From NCBI GenBank assembly GCA_963842085.1, contig CAWJET010000001.1, positions 1,152,001-1,216,000 of the forward strand: a DNA stretch of 64,000 nt. Direction: 5' to 3'. Position numbers and translations under genes: made by a program. The stretch is from an uncultured delta proteobacterium. GTDB lineage: Bacteria > Desulfobacterota > Binatia > Binatales > Binataceae. Positions within the stretch are counted from its first letter, which is position 1, and every line of letters begins with the position of its first letter. Under the pieces are notes generated by a model. That model did no database searches. It saw only the letters and a program-made list of their open reading frames with translations, and was not told the DNA's origin. Shown here one piece after another: positions 12,551 to 24,200 of this stretch.

Positions 12551-13158
12551 TATGCCTTCGCGCTCGGGCGCGAAGACACGCTACCGTACCATCGCGCCAG
12601 GTTTGCCTGTTCCGGCTGGATGCGGATATCAACCGACCGCGCGAAATCGATCATGCACAGCGTCGTGATGTCGGCGATTGAAAATTTGTCGCCGGCGATG
12701 AATTCGCGATCCGCAAGCTCCGCCTCGAGCCAGGCGATTCGATCATTCGCCGCGCGCTTCTGAATCTCGCCGAACTCCGCGATGCGGCGCCCGCGTCCCT
12801 TCGCGGCTTCGCTCAGATGCGACCAGACGTGGCCGACCGGTGCGAAGATGTCGAGTTCGATCCTTCGGTTCCACATCTCGACCAACGCCCTCTCGCGCGC
12901 GCCGACACCGAACAGCGGCGGCTCCGGCTGAATCTCCTCGAAGTAACGGCAGATCGCGACGCTCTCCGAAAGACAACTGCCGTCGTCCAGCTCGAGAATC
13001 GGCAGGGAGCCGAGCGGGTTCTTCTGGTAGAATTCCGGCGTGCGATTCGCATTGCGCATGATATCGACTTGCACCAGCTCGACGACGATCCCCTTCTCCG
13101 CGAGGAAGATCCTCACTCGCCGCGGGCTCGGCGCAAGCGTGAAATCGTACATCCTCAC
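12550..13158 (-). CDS. glutathione S-transferase
   Basis: APSPRRV, NPLGSLP, SESVAICRY and FSIADI motifs. Confidence 0.9.
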   Translation of the reverse strand: MRMYDFTLAPSPRRVRIFLAEKGIVVELVQVDIMRNANRTPEFYQKNPLGSLPILELDDGSCLSESVAICRYFEEIQPEPPLFGVGARERALVEMWNRRIELDIFAPVGHVWSHLSEAAKGRGRRIAEFGEIQKRAANDRIAWLEAELADREFIAGDKFSIADITTLCMIDFARSVDIRIQPEQANLARWYGSVSSRPSAKA

Positions 13159-14375
13159 AATGCTTCGGCGGGCGGCTCACCCGCCCCTGTCCCCTCGGCA
13201 CTGTACGCATCGTCGGCAGCGGTCAGCGCCCTGCCCCGCGCAATTTCGAATCCCATCGAGCCGAGAATTTCCTCGAGCGCGTTCAGCGCCAGCATCACAT
13301 TTTCGCGCCGTGAACCTTCACCCATCAGGCCGACGCGCCAGATCTTTCCCTTCAGCGGTCCGAGCCCGGCCGCGATTTCGATATTGAACAGTCGCAGCAA
13401 TTCCGCCCGCACCTTCGCGTCGTCGATTCCCGCCGGCACCGCGATCGTCGTGAGCTGCGGCAAGCGGTATCCTTCCTGCGCCGCGAGCTGCAGACCCATC
13501 GCGCGCACTCCGGCCTGGAACGCCGCCGCGTTGATGCGATGCCGCCGCCATCGCGCTTCCAATCCTTCCTCGACGACTATCCGCAGCGCCTCGTAGAGCG
13601 CGTAGTTCATCGTGATCGGCGCCGTGTGATGGTACAGGCGGTCGGGGCCCCAGTACTGCTCGATCAACCCGACGTCGAAGTACCACGAGCGGCACTTCGT
13701 CTTGCGCTTGCGGATCGACTCCATCGCGCATTCGCTGAACGTCACCGGCGACAGCCCGGGCGGCGCGCCGAGTCCCTTCTGCGTGCAGCTGTAACACGCG
13801 TCGATGCCCCACTTGTCAATCTCGACCGGCACGCACGCGAGCGACGTTACCGCGTCGATCGCCATCATCGCGCCGTGTCGATGCGCCAGCTCGGCGATTT
13901 CCTCGAGCGGCTGATGTATTCCGGTCGAGGTCTCGGCGTGAACGACGGCGACCAGCTTCGGATTCTTCGCCGCCTTCAGCGCCGCCGCGACCTGCGCCGG
14001 CTCGACGATCGTTCCCCAATCGGCCTCGACCTTGTGAACCTTCGCACCTTGGCGCAACGCAACTTCCGCCAGCCGCGTGCCGAACACGCCGTTGACGCCC
14101 ACCACGACCTCGTCGCCGTCTTCGATCAGATTCGCCATCACGGTTTCCATCCCCGCCGAACCGGTGCCGGAGACGGGAAACGTGATTTCGTTTTTCGTGC
14201 GGAAGACAACGCGCAGCAGCTTCTTGATATTCTCCATCACCTTGAGGAAATCGGGATCGAGATGCCCCACGACCGGCGACGCCATCGCTTTCATCACGCG
14301 CGGATTGACGTTGGACGGCCCCGGGCCGAGCAGAATCCGCGCCGCCGGCCTGAGTTCTGGAAATGAATCCGCCAC
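13155..14375 (-). CDS. alanine--glyoxylate / serine--pyruvate aminotransferase (class V PLP)
   Basis: LLGPGPSNV, HAETSTG, DAVTS and SCTQKG (PLP lysine) motifs. GTG start at 14375 follows a GAAGGAG RBS. Confidence 0.92.
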   Translation of the reverse strand: MADSFPELRPAARILLGPGPSNVNPRVMKAMASPVVGHLDPDFLKVMENIKKLLRVVFRTKNEITFPVSGTGSAGMETVMANLIEDGDEVVVGVNGVFGTRLAEVALRQGAKVHKVEADWGTIVEPAQVAAALKAAKNPKLVAVVHAETSTGIHQPLEEIAELAHRHGAMMAIDAVTSLACVPVEIDKWGIDACYSCTQKGLGAPPGLSPVTFSECAMESIRKRKTKCRSWYFDVGLIEQYWGPDRLYHHTAPITMNYALYEALRIVVEEGLEARWRRHRINAAAFQAGVRAMGLQLAAQEGYRLPQLTTIAVPAGIDDAKVRAELLRLFNIEIAAGLGPLKGKIWRVGLMGEGSRRENVMLALNALEEILGSMGFEIARGRALTAADDAYSAEGTGAGEPPAEAL

Positions 14376-14508
14376 CTTTGTTTCTCCTTCCATTCGATCG
14401 ACGGGATTGCTGAAATCGAACCTTGCTATTATGACCACGAAGGATCAACCGCAAAAGCATCGCTCGTGGTAGAGTGCTGCGGGGATTGAACGCGCCGTCG
14501 CAATACGA

Positions 14509-15942
14509 ATGAGTGCCATCGACCGCAAACTTCTCGACGAGCTTCGCGCAATTCTGGGCGACGGCGGTGTCGTCTCGCGCGCAACCGAACTGAAGGTTTA
14601 TGAGTGCGACGGATGGACCATCGAAAAAAGCGTCCCCGACGTGCTGCTGCTGCCGCGCTCGACTGCGCAGTTGAGTGCCATCCTCGCCGCGCTCCATCGC
14701 CGCGGTGTTGCTTTCGTTCCGCGCGGTGCGGGCACCGGCCTTTCCGGCGGATGCCTTCCGCTCAACGCGCCCGCGATGATTTGCACTTCGAAGATGAACC
14801 GGATCGTAGAAATCGATCTCGAAAATCGGCGGGTCGTGGCCGAGAGCGGCGTCGTCAACCTGCACGTTACCAACGCCGTCAAGTCGAAGGGATATTTCTA
14901 CGCGCCCGATCCGTCATCGCAAGTCGCGTGCACGATCGGCGGCAACATTGCCGAGAATTCCGGCGGTCCGCATACCCTGAAATACGGCGTGACCACCAAC
15001 CACGTGCTCGCGCTCGAGCTGGTGCTGCCCGACGGCGAGGTCGTCGAGCTCGGCGGACCGACAGAAGAGCAATGCGGTTACGACCTGGTCGGCGCGGTCG
15101 TCGGCGCGGAGGGCACTGTGGGAATCGTGACCCGCGCAACGCTCAAGCTGATGCGCGAGCCTGAGAATCATCGCACCCTTCTCGCCACCTTTCCCGACGC
15201 CGACACCGCGACGCGCGCCGTCTCGATGATCATCGCGTCGGGAATTGTGCCGGCAGCGCTCGAGATGATGGACCAGCTCATCATCCAAGCCGTCGAAGAA
15301 GCGTTCCATGTTGGGCTCCCTCTCGACGCGGGCGCCGTGCTCATTATCGAGCTCGAAGGTCTCGAGGCAGGGCTCACCGCCTATGCCGATGAAGTTGCCA
15401 AAACTGCGACCTTGGCCGGCGCGTCGAGCGTCCGGCTCGCGCGCGACGAAGATGAGCGCGCGCTGTTGTGGAAGGCGCGCAAACGCGCTTTCGGAGCCGT
15501 CGGCCGCCTCGCCCCGAACTACGCGACCCAGGACGGCGTCGTACCGCGAACCTGCCTGCCGCGGATTCTACGCGTGATCGCGGACGTCAGCCGCCGCTAC
15601 GACTTGCGCATCGGCAATGTGTTTCACGCCGGCGACGGCAATTTGCATCCGATCGTTCTCTACGACGAGCGCGAACCCGATCAGGTCCGCCGCGCAATCG
15701 ACGCCGGGCGCGAAATTCTCAAGGCCTGCATCGAGATGGGCGGCAGCCTCACCGGCGAGCATGGGATCGGCGTCGAGAAAATTGGCGAGATGCCGCTGAT
15801 GTTCTCGCCCGACGATCTTCGCGTCATGACCGAGTTGCGCCACGCGTTCGATCCATTCGAGCGATCAAATCCCGGCAAAGTGATCCCGCAACCCGGCGCA
15901 TGCGTCGAGGTTGCCGCGCCGCGCCGACAAGTACCGATCTAG
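14509..15942 (+). CDS. glcD: glycolate oxidase FAD-linked subunit GlcD
   Basis: PRGAGTGLSGG, PDPSS, HAGDGNLHP and GEHGIG motifs. Confidence 0.88.
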   Translation: MSAIDRKLLDELRAILGDGGVVSRATELKVYECDGWTIEKSVPDVLLLPRSTAQLSAILAALHRRGVAFVPRGAGTGLSGGCLPLNAPAMICTSKMNRIVEIDLENRRVVAESGVVNLHVTNAVKSKGYFYAPDPSSQVACTIGGNIAENSGGPHTLKYGVTTNHVLALELVLPDGEVVELGGPTEEQCGYDLVGAVVGAEGTVGIVTRATLKLMREPENHRTLLATFPDADTATRAVSMIIASGIVPAALEMMDQLIIQAVEEAFHVGLPLDAGAVLIIELEGLEAGLTAYADEVAKTATLAGASSVRLARDEDERALLWKARKRAFGAVGRLAPNYATQDGVVPRTCLPRILRVIADVSRRYDLRIGNVFHAGDGNLHPIVLYDEREPDQVRRAIDAGREILKACIEMGGSLTGEHGIGVEKIGEMPLMFSPDDLRVMTELRHAFDPFERSNPGKVIPQPGACVEVAAPRRQVPI

Positions 15943-15959
15943 CCGCCACAGCGAACATC

Positions 15960-17231
15960 GTGGCTGCCACTACATCCTCAAATCTGGCGAATCGGCTCGA
16001 GTCGATCGTCGGCGCCGGTCGTGTTCGCGGGCCAACCAATACTGAGGCGCGCGCCGCGGATACGATCGTCGAACCCGCTTCGGTCGAGGAAATTTGCGAG
16101 ATCGTCCGCATGTGCGAGGCGGACCGCATTACGCTGGCTCCTGTTGGCGCAGCACGCTCGCTCGCGGGGATTCGGCGCTCGCCCGTCGCGCTAGGCATCT
16201 CGATGGCGCGCCTCGCGCGAGTCGTCGCCCATGAACCCGACGACATGACGGTCGTCGCCGAGTCGGGAATCACGGTCGGCGAGCTGAATGCCGCGATGGC
16301 GTCCGCTCGGCAGCGGCTGCCCGTCGATCCGTGCAACCCCGGCATCACTACTCTCGGCTCGTTGATCTGTGCCGCGCATTCGGGACCGCTACGCCTCTCC
16401 GAGGGGACATCGCGCGACCTGCTGATCGGAGTTCGCTTCGTCGGTCACAGCGGCAAGCTGGTTCACAGCGGCGGTCGCGTGGTCAAAAACGTCGCCGGCT
16501 ATGATTTGATGAAGCTGATGGGCGGCTCGTTCGGTACACTTGGAATAGTAACTGAGGCGACGTTCAAGGTGCGCCCTATTCCATCTGACTACGGTCTCGC
16601 GATCGTTCCCTACCCGCGCGCAGCAGAGGCGTTCGCCGCCGCCAACATACTCAATGATGCACTCCCACTGAGTAATCTCGATATACTCAGTCCTGCCCTC
16701 GCAACGCGCTTCAATTCCGCCAGTGAGTTTCTGCTTCTGGCCGGTTTCTCTGGAAGTCCGCTCGAGATCGGCTACCAGGCCGAGCGCATTCGCGACTTGG
16801 TCGCCGCTCGCGGTGAAATCCTCGCCGGCGGTGCCGCGCTCAGGAGTTACGAGTCGTTGCGCGATGTGGATTTTCATTCGGCCTCGCTAGCCGCGCAAAT
16901 CGCGGTTCCATCCGCCTTTCTCGCACGGGCGCTGGAGACCTGCGGCAGCGAAATTGAATTCCGCGCGCACGCCGGCTCCGGCGTTGCTCAAATGATCCTC
17001 GCCGGCCAACCGTCAGCCGGCGCCGCGGCCACGAGCGTTGCGCGATGGCGTGAAGTTGCGCACTCGGCGCGCGGCACTCTTCGGCTGCTTGCCGCCGCGC
17101 CCGCAATTCGTGACTCGCTGGAATTCTTCGACACTCCCAACGATGGAGCGCTCGCGCTGATGCGTCGGATCAAGGCGGCTTTCGATCCGGCCGCGATCTT
17201 CAACCCCGGATGCTTCGTCGGAGGAATCTGA
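15960..17231 (+). CDS. glcE: glycolate oxidase FAD-binding subunit GlcE
   Basis: GGRVVKNVAGYDL, GSFGTLG and FDPAAIFNPG motifs. GTG start is inferred. Confidence 0.82.
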   Translation: MAATTSSNLANRLESIVGAGRVRGPTNTEARAADTIVEPASVEEICEIVRMCEADRITLAPVGAARSLAGIRRSPVALGISMARLARVVAHEPDDMTVVAESGITVGELNAAMASARQRLPVDPCNPGITTLGSLICAAHSGPLRLSEGTSRDLLIGVRFVGHSGKLVHSGGRVVKNVAGYDLMKLMGGSFGTLGIVTEATFKVRPIPSDYGLAIVPYPRAAEAFAAANILNDALPLSNLDILSPALATRFNSASEFLLLAGFSGSPLEIGYQAERIRDLVAARGEILAGGAALRSYESLRDVDFHSASLAAQIAVPSAFLARALETCGSEIEFRAHAGSGVAQMILAGQPSAGAAATSVARWREVAHSARGTLRLLAAAPAIRDSLEFFDTPNDGALALMRRIKAAFDPAAIFNPGCFVGGI

Positions 17232-18508
17232 TGGCCGAGCCGGGCGTCAGATTATCGAACCCGGTTCGCGACGTCTGCGATTACGACCTGCTGTTCGACT
17301 GCGTCCATTGCGGGCTCTGCGCGGAGGCTTGTCCAACTTACATTGTAACGCGATGCGAGATGGATTCGCCGCGCGGCCGCATCTATCTGATGAAGTCGCT
17401 CGCCGAAGGACGCATCGACCTCGACGACGACGCCGCGCGCCACCTTGATTTGTGCCTCGGATGCCGCGGCTGTGAAACCGCCTGCCCGTCCGGCGTTCAT
17501 TACGGCCGCTTGATCGAAGGCGCGCGTTCATTCGTCGAGCGCAATCATCGTCGCGGTCCGCTTGATCGACTTAAGCGTCGCGCCGTCAGCGCGATTTTCC
17601 CATACCCTGAGCGTCTGCGGCGGCTGCTCGCGCCACTGATGCTCGTCGAGCGCCTGGGCCTGAGACCCGCTCTTGGAGCCATTATGCCGCGCGCAATTCG
17701 CAACTGGCTCGACCTCCTGCCACCGCTCGGAGCCGATATGCGCCGCCTCGCCGACGGAGCACTCATCGCGCCGACGACGAACGCGCCAACGGTTGTTGTG
17801 CATCACGGATGTGTCTCGCAGGTCCTCGCGAATTCGGAAAACTTGAACAGTGAGCGGCTGCTCGCGGCCGCTGGTTATCGCGTCGTTCAACTAGCACCGA
17901 CTTCATGCTGCGGAGCACTCGATCTGCATTCGGGTGACGCCGCGCGAGCCCGCGATTTTGCCCGCGCCAACGTTCGCGCGCTGACGAACTCCGGCGCCGA
18001 CGCAATCGTATCGGCCGCGTCGGGATGCTCGGTCGCGATCGCCGAATACGGCGACCTGCTCAGAGACGAGCCGGAATTCGCCGAAGACGCGCGCGCGCTT
18101 TCCTCGAAGGTTCGTGACCTGAGTTCCTTGCTGCTCGACGCGCCTGCAAGTCCGAAGCGCGAATTTCCTTGCCGCGTCACCTTTCATGACGCTTGTCACC
18201 TCGCGCACGGACTCGGCGTGCGCGCAGCACCGCGCAAATTGCTCGCCTCGATTCCGGGCGTGACGCTCGTCGAGATGACGGAGTCCGATCTCTGTTGCGG
18301 TTCGGCCGGATCATACAATCTGACCGAGCCCGCGATGGCGCGCGCCCTGGCTCGGCGCAAAGCCGACAACGTCGTTGCGACCGGCGCCGACTACGTCGTG
18401 CTGGCGAATCCCGGATGCGAGTTTCAGATCGCCGCCGAACTTCGCCGCCGCCGCTCAAAAATCAAGGTCGTCCACCTGGCCGACTTCCTCGCGATGACGT
18501 CTCGGTGA
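17231..18508 (+). CDS. glcF: glycolate oxidase iron-sulfur subunit GlcF
   Basis: Two CxxCxxCxxxCP ferredoxin motifs and two CCG domains; start overlaps the glcE stop. Confidence 0.88.
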   Translation: MAEPGVRLSNPVRDVCDYDLLFDCVHCGLCAEACPTYIVTRCEMDSPRGRIYLMKSLAEGRIDLDDDAARHLDLCLGCRGCETACPSGVHYGRLIEGARSFVERNHRRGPLDRLKRRAVSAIFPYPERLRRLLAPLMLVERLGLRPALGAIMPRAIRNWLDLLPPLGADMRRLADGALIAPTTNAPTVVVHHGCVSQVLANSENLNSERLLAAAGYRVVQLAPTSCCGALDLHSGDAARARDFARANVRALTNSGADAIVSAASGCSVAIAEYGDLLRDEPEFAEDARALSSKVRDLSSLLLDAPASPKREFPCRVTFHDACHLAHGLGVRAAPRKLLASIPGVTLVEMTESDLCCGSAGSYNLTEPAMARALARRKADNVVATGADYVVLANPGCEFQIAAELRRRRSKIKVVHLADFLAMTSR

Positions 18509-19104
18509 ACCTTCACGAAATCAAACTCTACTTCGCATACACGAGTCCGTACTCCTACCTTGCGATGCAGCCGGCCTACGACCTCGAGCGGACTCACCGC
18601 GTGCGCGTGCGCTTCATTCCGTACGGGGTGAACATCCGAAAAGTTTACGGCCTGCTCGATCGCGCGGACGCCGACCGCCGCAAGGTCAGGTATCTGTATA
18701 TCGACGCGCGCCGAATCGCGAAGGAGCGCGGGCTCATCATCTACCCGCCAAAAAAGATTTTCAGCGCGCGCCTGGCGTTCTATGGCGGTCTCTACGCCGC
18801 GAGCAATCGGCAGTTCCGGCCGTACTCGAATCGCGTGTTCGATCGATTCTGGAAACAGGAACTCGACGTGGAGAGCCGCGACGCGATTTCAGCGATCGTC
18901 GCTGAAGTCGGGCTCGATCCCGCGGAATTTCTCCGCTATGCCGACACCGACGCGCGCGCCGACCTGGATGCATGCTTCGTAGAGGCCGATCGCGACGAAG
19001 TCTTCGGCGTGCCGACCTTCATCGTGGACGGCGAGCCGTTCTGGGGCGAGGACCGAGTCGAGTGGGTGATCCGCAAGCTCGACGCGATGGGCCTTCGCCG
19101 CTGA
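18505..19104 (+). CDS. 2-hydroxychromene-2-carboxylate isomerase / GST-kappa / DsbA-family protein
   Basis: YTSPYSYL and FGVPTFIV...FWGEDR motifs; GTGA overlap with glcF. Confidence 0.85.
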   Translation: MNLHEIKLYFAYTSPYSYLAMQPAYDLERTHRVRVRFIPYGVNIRKVYGLLDRADADRRKVRYLYIDARRIAKERGLIIYPPKKIFSARLAFYGGLYAASNRQFRPYSNRVFDRFWKQELDVESRDAISAIVAEVGLDPAEFLRYADTDARADLDACFVEADRDEVFGVPTFIVDGEPFWGEDRVEWVIRKLDAMGLRR

Positions 19105-19118
19105 CCTTCCCGCTCTCC

Positions 19119-19724
19119 TCAGCTTTGAGTGATCGGAATGTGCCGCGGCTGCGATTTCACGCGCTCGAGCCACGCGCGAATCGCCGGGAAGTTCGTTAGG
19201 TCGAATCCGCCTTCATCGGCGACATGGGTGTAGGCATAGAGCGCGATATCGGCGACCGAGTAACGCTCGCCGGCAAACCATTCGCGCGACTTCAAATGCG
19301 CTTCCATCACGCCCAGCGCGTCGTATCCGCGCTGGCGCATCATATCGAGAATCGAGCGGCGAAGATCCTGCACGTCGGGGTGCATCACCAGGTACCGAAC
19401 GCTCGCGAGGTACGGTTCGTGGCTGTACTGCTCGAAAAAGAGCCACTGTAGAAGCTGCGCGCGTTGGAAGCGATCGGATGGAACGAACGGCGTGCCCTGC
19501 GCAAAGTACAAGATGATCGCGTTGGACTCGAACAGCAGCTTGCCGTCGTCGAATTCGACGGCGGGAATTCTGCCATTCGGAAATTTGCGGAGAAATTCCG
19601 GCGTGCGCGTCTCGCCCTTGATGATGTCGAGTTCGACCCGCTCGAACGGAACTCCAAGCTGCGTCAGCAGCAGGCGCACCTTGTAGCCGTTGCCCGATGG
19701 CAGATAGTCGTACAGGCGAATCAT
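19119..19724 (-). CDS. glutathione S-transferase
   Basis: PSGNGYKV, PNGRIP, ESNAI and SVADIALY motifs; GAGGAGG RBS before the ATG at 19724. Confidence 0.9.
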   Translation of the reverse strand: MIRLYDYLPSGNGYKVRLLLTQLGVPFERVELDIIKGETRTPEFLRKFPNGRIPAVEFDDGKLLFESNAIILYFAQGTPFVPSDRFQRAQLLQWLFFEQYSHEPYLASVRYLVMHPDVQDLRRSILDMMRQRGYDALGVMEAHLKSREWFAGERYSVADIALYAYTHVADEGGFDLTNFPAIRAWLERVKSQPRHIPITQS

Positions 19725-19753
19725 CGTCGCCTCCTCGCGCAGGAACCCAGCGA

Positions 19754-21199
19754 TCAAAGTTCAGGGCTCGAGGGCAGGAAAGTCTCGCCCATCAGGTACG
19801 CGTCGACCGCGCGCGCGGCTTCGCGCCCCTCCCAGATCGCCCATACCACCAGCGATTGCCCGCGACGTGCGTCGCCCGCGGCGAAAACTCCCGGCACGCT
19901 CGACATGTAGTTCTCGCACTGCACGTTGCTGCGCGGGTCGAGCTTTAGGCCGAGCTCGGAGATTATGCCGTCGGGCTCGGGACCGAGAAATCCGAGCGCG
20001 AGCAGCACAAGGTCGCACTCGAGCTCGAAGTCGGTGCCCGGAATTTGCTCCATCACCATGCGCCCGTTGTCACGCTTCCAGTTGAGCCGCACGCCGTGGA
20101 GCTTTTTCACCACCCCGTTTTCGCCGGAGAACCGGCTGGTGTTCACGCTCCAGTCGCGTTGCACGCCCTCTTCGTGCGAACTCGAGGTGCGCATGATCAT
20201 CGGCCAATCGGGCCACGGCATTTCGGCGGTGCGTTTTTCAGGCGGCATCGGCAGCAGCTCGAACTGATGCACGACGATCGCGCCCTGGCGGTTCGAAGTG
20301 CCGAGACAGTCGGAACCCGTATCGCCGCCGCCGAGAATTACCACGCGCTTTCCGTTCGCGGTGATCTCGGCTGAAGGATCGAGCGCGTCGCCGAAGTTGC
20401 GCTTGTTTTGTTGCGGCAGGAATTCCATGGCGAAATGGATTCCCTTGAGCTCGCGTCCCGGGATCGGCAGGTCGCGCGGCTTGGTCGCGCCCATCGTGAG
20501 CACGATTGCGTCATACTTCGAGCGCATCTCGTCGGCATGGATATCGAAGCCCACGCGGCAGTTGGTGACAATCTCGAGGCCCTCGGCCTTCATCTGCTCG
20601 ACGCGGCGGTTGACGATCCATTTTTCCAGCTTGAAGTCCGGAATGCCGTAGGTGAGCAATCCGCCGACCCGATCCGACCGCTCGTAGAGCGTCACAGAAT
20701 GACCGGCCCGCGTGAGTTGCTGCGCGCACGCCAGCCCCGACGGTCCCGAGCCTACGACCGCGACGCGCTTACCCGATTTGCGGGCCGGCGGCAGTGGCGC
20801 GATCCACTTTTCACCCCACGCGTGATCGATAATATTCTTCTCGATCAGTTTGATCGTGACGGGATCGTTGTTGATGTTCAGGACGCAGGCCTCTTCGCAC
20901 GGCGCCGGGCAAATCCGGCCGGTAAACTCCGGAAAGTTGTTGGTCGCGTGCAGCCGATCGATCGCCTCGCGCCATCTGCCGCGGTAGATGAGATCGTTCC
21001 AGTCGGGGATGATATTACCGAGCGGGCAACCCTTGTGGCAGAAGGGAATCCCGCAATCCATGCAGCGGGCGCCCTGCGCGCGCAGCTTGTCTTCGGGCAT
21101 CTTGAGATCGAATTCGCGCCAATCCTTCAGGCGTTCGCCGACCGGACGCCGCGAAGGAGTCTCGCGCTTGATCTCCATGAAGCCCGTGATCTTTCCCAT
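19754..21199 (-). CDS. gltD: glutamate synthase small subunit
   Basis: [32 protein letters not shown] and GQSLVVWAI motifs. Confidence 0.97.
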   Translation of the reverse strand: MGKITGFMEIKRETPSRRPVGERLKDWREFDLKMPEDKLRAQGARCMDCGIPFCHKGCPLGNIIPDWNDLIYRGRWREAIDRLHATNNFPEFTGRICPAPCEEACVLNINNDPVTIKLIEKNIIDHAWGEKWIAPLPPARKSGKRVAVVGSGPSGLACAQQLTRAGHSVTLYERSDRVGGLLTYGIPDFKLEKWIVNRRVEQMKAEGLEIVTNCRVGFDIHADEMRSKYDAIVLTMGATKPRDLPIPGRELKGIHFAMEFLPQQNKRNFGDALDPSAEITANGKRVVILGGGDTGSDCLGTSNRQGAIVVHQFELLPMPPEKRTAEMPWPDWPMIMRTSSSHEEGVQRDWSVNTSRFSGENGVVKKLHGVRLNWKRDNGRMVMEQIPGTDFELECDLVLLALGFLGPEPDGIISELGLKLDPRSNVQCENYMSSVPGVFAAGDARRGQSLVVWAIWEGREAARAVDAYLMGETFLPSSPEL

Positions 21200-21259
21200 T
21201 ACAGACGCGATCTCTCCCAGTCAGGTCAATTCTGATTAGTCAGTCGATTACTCACTCGG

Positions 21260-24200
21260 CTAAACTGCGGCCAGCCGCGCGAGATCGGAATCCATGTTGA
21301 GATGCTGCCGTTCGAGCACCATTCGATACTCAGTGGGCAATACTTTTACGAACTTCTTAGTATCGTCGTCCCACTTGTCGAGGATTCGCCGCGCGACCGT
21401 GCTCTGCGTGTACTGCTGGTGCCGCACGATCAGCGCGTGCAACTGCTTGAGTTCGTCCTGGTTGCCGATTGGCCCCAACTCGACCATTCCGGTGTTGCAG
21501 CGCGAGGCGAACGAGCCGTCTTCGTCGAGCACATAAGCCACGCCGCCACTCATGCCGGCCGCGAAGTTGCGACCGGTCTTGCCCAGCACCACGACCAGTC
21601 CGCGCGTCATGTACTCGCATCCGTGGTCGCCGACGCCCTCGACAACGGTGTGCGCACCGCTGTTGCGGACCGCGAACCGTTCGCCGGCGACGCCGCGGAA
21701 GAACGCCTCGCCGCCGGTCGCGCCGTAGAGCGCGACGTTGCCGATGATGATGTTGTTCTCGGCCTTGAAGGTCGCTTCTTTTGGGGGACGCACCGAGACA
21801 AATCCGCCCGACAGTCCCTTGGCGCAGTAGTCGTTCGCGTCGCCTTCGAGATAGAGCGCGACTCCCGGCGCGAGCCACGCGCCGAAGCTCTGGCCGGCCG
21901 AACCTTTCAGATGAATCTGAACTGTGTAGGGCGGCAGTCCCTCCGCGCCAAAACGCCGCGACACCTCCGCCGACAGCATGGTGCCGACGGTGCGATTGAC
22001 GTTGCGGATCGGAAGATGAATTTCGACGGCCTCGCGATGTTCGAGCGCCTCCATGGCAAGCTCGATGATCCGGTTGTCGAGCGCGGCGTCGAGGCCGTGA
22101 TCCTGCAGCTCTACGCAATGCAACGGCTCGTCGGGGCCGACATCGGGACGGCGAAGAATATTGGCCAGGTCGACGTTGCGCGCCTTCCAATGCGCGATCG
22201 CTTCGTTGGCGTCCAGGCATTCGACGTGGCCGACCATTTCGGCGACGGTGCGGAAGCCCAACTGCGCCATGTATTCGCGCAGCTCGTCCGCGATGAACAT
22301 CATGAAGTTCACGACGTGCTCGGGCTTGCCGGTGAACTTTTCGCGGAGCACCGGATCCTGCGTCGCGATGCCGACCGGGCAGGTGTTCAGGTGGCAGACG
22401 CGCATCATGATGCATCCCGAGGCGACCAGCGCGGCGCTCGCGAAACCGAATTCCTCGGCGCCGAGCATCGCCGCGATGGCGACGTCGCGGCCGGTCTTGA
22501 GCTGGCCGTCGGTCTCGACGTGAATGCGTCCGCGCAGGCCGTTCATCACCAGGGTCTGCTGGGTCTCGGCCAGTCCCATCTCCCACGGAATTCCCGCGTG
22601 CTTGATCGACTGCAGCGGAGACGCGCCGGTGCCGCCGTCGTAACCGCTGATCAACACCACGTCGGCTTTGGCCTTTGCGACTCCGGCCGCGATGGTGCCG
22701 ACGCCGACCTCGGCCACCAGCTTGACGCTGATGCGCGCGCGGTTGTTGGAATTTTTGAGATCGTGGATCAGCTGCGCGAGATCTTCGATCGAATAGATGT
22801 CGTGATGCGGCGGCGGAGAGATCAATCCCACGCCGGGCGTTGAATAGCGAATCTTGGCGATGAAATCGTCGACCTTGTGGCCGGGAAGCTGGCCGCCCTC
22901 GCCCGGCTTGGCGCCCTGCGCCATTTTGATCTGGAGTTCGTCGGCGTTGACCAGGTAATGACTGGTGACGCCGAAGCGCGCCGACGCCACTTGCTTGATC
23001 GCGCTGCGGCGCCAATCGCCGTTGGCATCGCGGACGAAGCGCGCGGGATCCTCGCCGCCCTCGCCGGTGTTGCTCTTGCCGCCGATCCGGTTCATGGCGA
23101 TGGCGAGATTTTCGTGGGCCTCCTTGCTGATCGAGCCGAACGACATCGCGCCGGTTTTGAAACGCTTGACGATCTCGGCCGCCGGCTCGACTTCCTCGAG
23201 CGGCACCGGCCGCCGATTGGAATTGAACTTGAGCAGCGAGCGCAGCGTGGCGAGCGAGCGGCTCTGCTCGTCAACCGCCCGGGTGTATTCCTTGAACAGC
23301 CGGTAACTTCCCGAGCGCACGGAATGCTGCAGCCGCGCGATCGTGTTCGGGTTGTACATGTGGAACTCGCCGGCGCGGCGCCACTGGTACTGGCCGCCGA
23401 CGTCGAGATCGCCGTCGAGGTTCGCCGCCACCTTGAACGCGTAGGTGTGACGCGCGGCGGTCTCGCGCGCGATCGCGTCGAGGCCGATACCGGCCACGCG
23501 CGACGGCGTCCATGTGAAGTACTTGTCGATCACGTCCTTGGCCAATCCGATCGCCTCGAAGATCTGCGCGCCGCGGTAACTCTGCGTCGTCGAGATGCCC
23601 ATCTTGGACGCGACTTTCGTAATGCTCTTGCCGACGGCCTTGATGAAGTTGTGGACGGCGTTGTCTTCGTCGATGTCGCGGAGCTGGCCGCTGCGAATCA
23701 TCCCGGCCATCGTCGCGTACGCGAGGTACGGATTGACGGCGCCGGCGCCGTAGCCGACCAACAGGCAGAAATGCATCGCCTCGCGCGGTTCACCAGCCTC
23801 GACCACGATGCCGGCCCGGGTGCGCGTGCCTTCGCGAATCAGATGATGATGCACGGCCCCGGTCGCAAGCAGAGCCGGGATGGCGGCGTAGTCCGCGTTC
23901 ACTCCGCGATCTGAAAGCACGATTATGGTGTAGCCGGATTCGATCGCGCCGGAAGCACCGCGGCAGAGCGCGTCGAGCGCGGCGCGCAGCCCCGCTTCAC
24001 CGTCATCGACGCGATACAGCGTGGGAAGCGTGATGGTGCGCAGACCCTCAACGTCCAGCCGTTTGATCCTTTCGAGTTCTTCGTTGGTAAGAATTGGTTG
24101 CTTGAGTCGAAGCTGGCGGCAATGATGCGGCGATTCTTCGAACAGGTTGTCTTCGGCGCCGATCGTCGTTTCGGTCGAGGTCACCAGTTCCTCGCGAATC